A stretch of DNA of 64,000 nucleotides from NCBI GenBank assembly GCA_051313645.2, contig JBNRSN020000029.1:23126001-23190000 (forward strand), written 5' to 3'. Below the pieces are notes generated by a model. The model searched no databases. It was not told where the DNA came from and was given only the letters and a program-made list of their open reading frames with translations. The translations under genes and the position numbers were made by a program. This DNA is from Centroscyllium fabricii (Eukaryota). Shown here piece by piece: positions 61,307-64,000 of the stretch. Each line of letters opens with the position of its first letter. Positions within the stretch are counted from its first letter, which is position 1.

Positions 61307-61637
61307 TACCACGCCAGCCGAATCCCACTTTCCGGCTCTTGCTCCGACGCCTTGCAGGTTACGGCACTTTACGTAATTATCGAAGTACTTTTTAAATGTG
61401 ATGAGTGTTTTTGCCTCTATGTTTCTAATACTGAGAGGTTTTAATGGATTAAATGTTCTGTGTCTGTATCTGGTTCATCAGGCCAGCTGAGCTCATGAGT
61501 TAAGACCTGGAGTTGGGCCCAAACACAAAACCTTGTTTTCTGAAAGTTCGAGAACTGCCAAATGGGTCCAGCTGCCAACTGATCCATGTCTCACAGAACG
61601 GAAACACCTTTTCCCACGATATCATCAAGGAGCAGAG

Positions 61638-61664
61638 CCACGCCCCGTGTGCTTGCTTATAAAT
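61638..61664 (+). promoter_or_regulatory. Defensin core promoter: Sp/KLF box plus TATA box
   Basis: CCACGCCCC at 61638-61646 and TATAAAT at 61658-61664, about 80 nt before the ATG. Confidence 0.7.
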
Positions 61665-61741
61665 GCAGCAGATGCTGAGTCCGGATTCAGAACATTTCCA
61701 CTCCAGCCGCCTGATACTGATTCTGGAAAGTGGCGCAGAAG

Positions 61742-63310
61742 ATGATGATGAAAGCTCTGCTCTTGGTTCTTGCATTCCTGGTGCTGACTGAGTCCAGCCC
61801 TGCTGTGGGAAAGATTCGATATGGTAAATTTATCCGGTCTATCAGCAGCCAGTTTGCAAACAGTTTTATTTTTAAACTATTTTACTCTCTGTTTGAATGT
61901 CACGGTTTGATTGGTTGAGTAAAGATGATTTTGAAATTGTAAAAGTCTGAAGAATTTAATCTGAACCAGTTCCACGGGTAAATCCCCCGATTGTTCAGCG
62001 GGTGCCTCAGTGGGTCGAGGGAATGGTGGATGTTTGCTGATCCAAACAGAGCAGCAATAAAAACAAATTACTGGCCGAGTGGGCGGATCTCAGCCGGAGC
62101 ATGGACCCGGTTGGGAGAGTCTGTAATTGGCCTCAGTACCCAGGTGCAACGGAGGGGAAACTCCCAGTTGCTGCTCCCGATGACTGCTACCCGCTACAAA
62201 GTGAGAGAGTGCGGACTCAGTGTGAGGACAGGAGCGGGATCTCCTTCAGTCCCTTTCCCCCGCACTCACTGTCCAGTCTCACAGATGAAGAATGGTGAAT
62301 TGGGAGCGATAATGGAGGTCTGTGTTGAACTGGGCCCCAGACAATTATCAGCTTTTCATAACAGGAGGGCAGGGAATGGGATCAAAAGTGTTTCTAAACA
62401 GGTTTACTTTATTGGAATAATTCGGAAACCTTCATAGAGCTCGGAATGTGAGAACACAGACTAAGTAGAGGAGGCAAGCGGTGAAATGATCAATTGTCAG
62501 TAGCTGGGAGTCAGTATGAGTCAGTTGGGAGTTGAGTGAACAATTTGTGGGTTGATGCCCCAGTCCACTACATATAGGCCAGCACTGCGGGAGTGCTGCA
62601 CTGTTTGAGGTGTCATATTGTGGATGTTACTTTAAACGGAGACCCTGTCTCCCTGTTCATGGAGCAGGTAAAATCTGGTGGCATTATGTGAAAAGCTGGG
62701 AGTTCTCCCGGTGTCTTGGGCTGACATCGCTCTCTCAGCCAACATGATCAGAGACTTCCCATCCTGTACAATCACAGTTGCTGTTTGTGGAACTTTGCTG
62801 TGAGCAAATTTGCTGCTGTGTTTCCTACAAAACAGTGTCGGCACTTCAGAAACAATCCATGCTCTGTGTTGTTTTTGGCCCTTCTTGTGCTGGTAAAATT
62901 TCTATGTCAATGTCAGATCTTTCCGCTCTGTATCTCTAGGCTCAGATTGCGGGTGTGGTGGACTCCATTCTGAGGAACGTCCCTTGTGCTGTCCTTCAGG
63001 ACAAAGAGTGAGTCTGTGCAGGTCGGGGGAGGGGGAGCAGTGGGCTTTCATGAAGTATAAAAGAGTGATGGTTCATGTGTGGTCCAGAGTCAGTCGCAGT
63101 AACACTGACTGGCTCGGCTTCATGTATTCTCATTGTTCTCCCTCCCTGTGTGTACAGAACCATCAATCAATTCATTCTTCATTTTGGACTTTAGAGTTGT
63201 GCCATTGGCGTGTTGGAATATGTCGTGAGTCCGGCTGTAGGACAGGCGAGGTGTTTGCCCAAGAAAGAATCTGCAGACTTGGATACGAATGTTGCCTTCC
63301 GAAACAGTGA
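61742..63310 (+). CDS. Beta-defensin-like secreted peptide, 2 exons (61742-61823, 63195-63310), 65 aa
   Basis: The spliced product is MMMKALLLVLAFLVLTESSPAVGKIRYELCHWRVGICRESGCRTGEVFAQERICRLGYECCLPKQ. The intron is phase-1 GT(61824)..AG(63194). The Cys pattern is C-x6-C-x4-C-x11-C-x5-CC, with a GxC motif. Confidence 0.9.
62545..62850 (+). mobile_element. Deu-domain SINE (SacSINE1/AmnSINE-like) in the defensin intron
   Basis: GGGAGTGCTGCACTGT..GAGGTG..; GAGTTCTCCCGGTGTC.TGG; TTGCTGTTTGTGG.A.TTTGCTGTG..CAAATT.GCTGCTGTGTTTCCTACA. Confidence 0.65.
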
Positions 63311-63463
63311 AAGATCCAGTGATGGATTCCCACCAGCCCGAGCTCTCCGCGTTCTCACTGAATGAAACCTTCCTTCACAGGAAGCAGGCTCTGTTTGGTT
63401 ATTTAGGTCCCGTTTCCCCCTGAACCTGTATTACTGCTGTCAGAGTAATGGGCTGCACTCAAA

Positions 63464-63469
63464 AATAAA
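63464..63469 (+). terminator. Polyadenylation signal of the defensin gene
   Basis: AATAAA about 155 nt after the stop, followed by GT/T-rich sequence. It is conserved in paralog 1. Confidence 0.7.
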
Positions 63470-64000
63470 AGTTACCGCATTGATCATAGTTTCACCTCCG
63501 TGTCTTGTTTCTCTTCTGGATCAGACTGTCCAAGGACACGGTGTCTGGGGGTGGGGTGAGGCTGAGAGAAGAGGTGGGAATGCAGGAAATGGGAATAGGA
63601 AGCCACTGCATGGAATCTGCAAGTGCCTAATAACACATTCAGAAAGGTACAATCTTTAAATATTGCTCATGAAAGTGCTACCTTGATGCTTTTGAAAACC
63701 TCACTGAGAAATAATTAGGTGACTCGGAAAATGATTTAATCCACAAATTGCGCCCAGGTCAGCCATCAAATTGGGCTTGTTCATTGTCAACATGAGAAAA
63801 GCCAAGACGCCGATAGAGTTCCTGGATTTACACTTGAGAATGGCCTCAGGCAATGCTCCATTATTATGCACATTTCATCCCGAGTGCTATTTATTACTGG
63901 GGCTTGCCAATGACATTAATCTCTACAACCCTCTTATTCTCTCTCAATCTCTCACTTTCTCTCTATCTGTCTGTCTCTCTCTGCCCCCATTCTCTACGTA

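Noticed and set aside
62984-63194. Single-exon 108-aa ORF and TATAAAA at ~63056
   Set aside because: The 5' part is intron read-through without a signal peptide. The spliced model fits phase, signal peptide and promoter.

Overview
Eukaryotic, repeat-dominated window that looks like cartilaginous-fish (elasmobranch) DNA, judging by HE1-type V-SINEs, CR1/HER1-type LINE tails, a Deu-type SINE and shark-style C2H2 zinc-finger genes. The only clearly intact host gene is a two-exon beta-defensin-like gene (61742-63310; 65 aa, signal peptide, six Cys), which the ORF track splits in two. Two upstream paralogous segments (about 45.1 kb and 59.6 kb) show it is the last unit of a decaying tandem defensin array. 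Other content: two convergent ZNF pseudogenes; a full-length Gypsy element with a 5-bp TSD inside a Penelope fragment; an old endogenous retrovirus (tRNA-Leu-type PBS, two RNase H domains, non-gamma-type env remnant) inside a CT-rich satellite; and a nest of sushi/Tf1-like chromoviral Gypsy elements. That nest shows self-priming PBSs, a young gag-protease-only element and a TSD-documented inversion plus deletion. There are also Harbinger-like MITEs, an RTEX-like LINE 3' end, two long fold-back palindromes and many CR1/L2 fragments. All family assignments come from motif recognition by eye; no database search was run.
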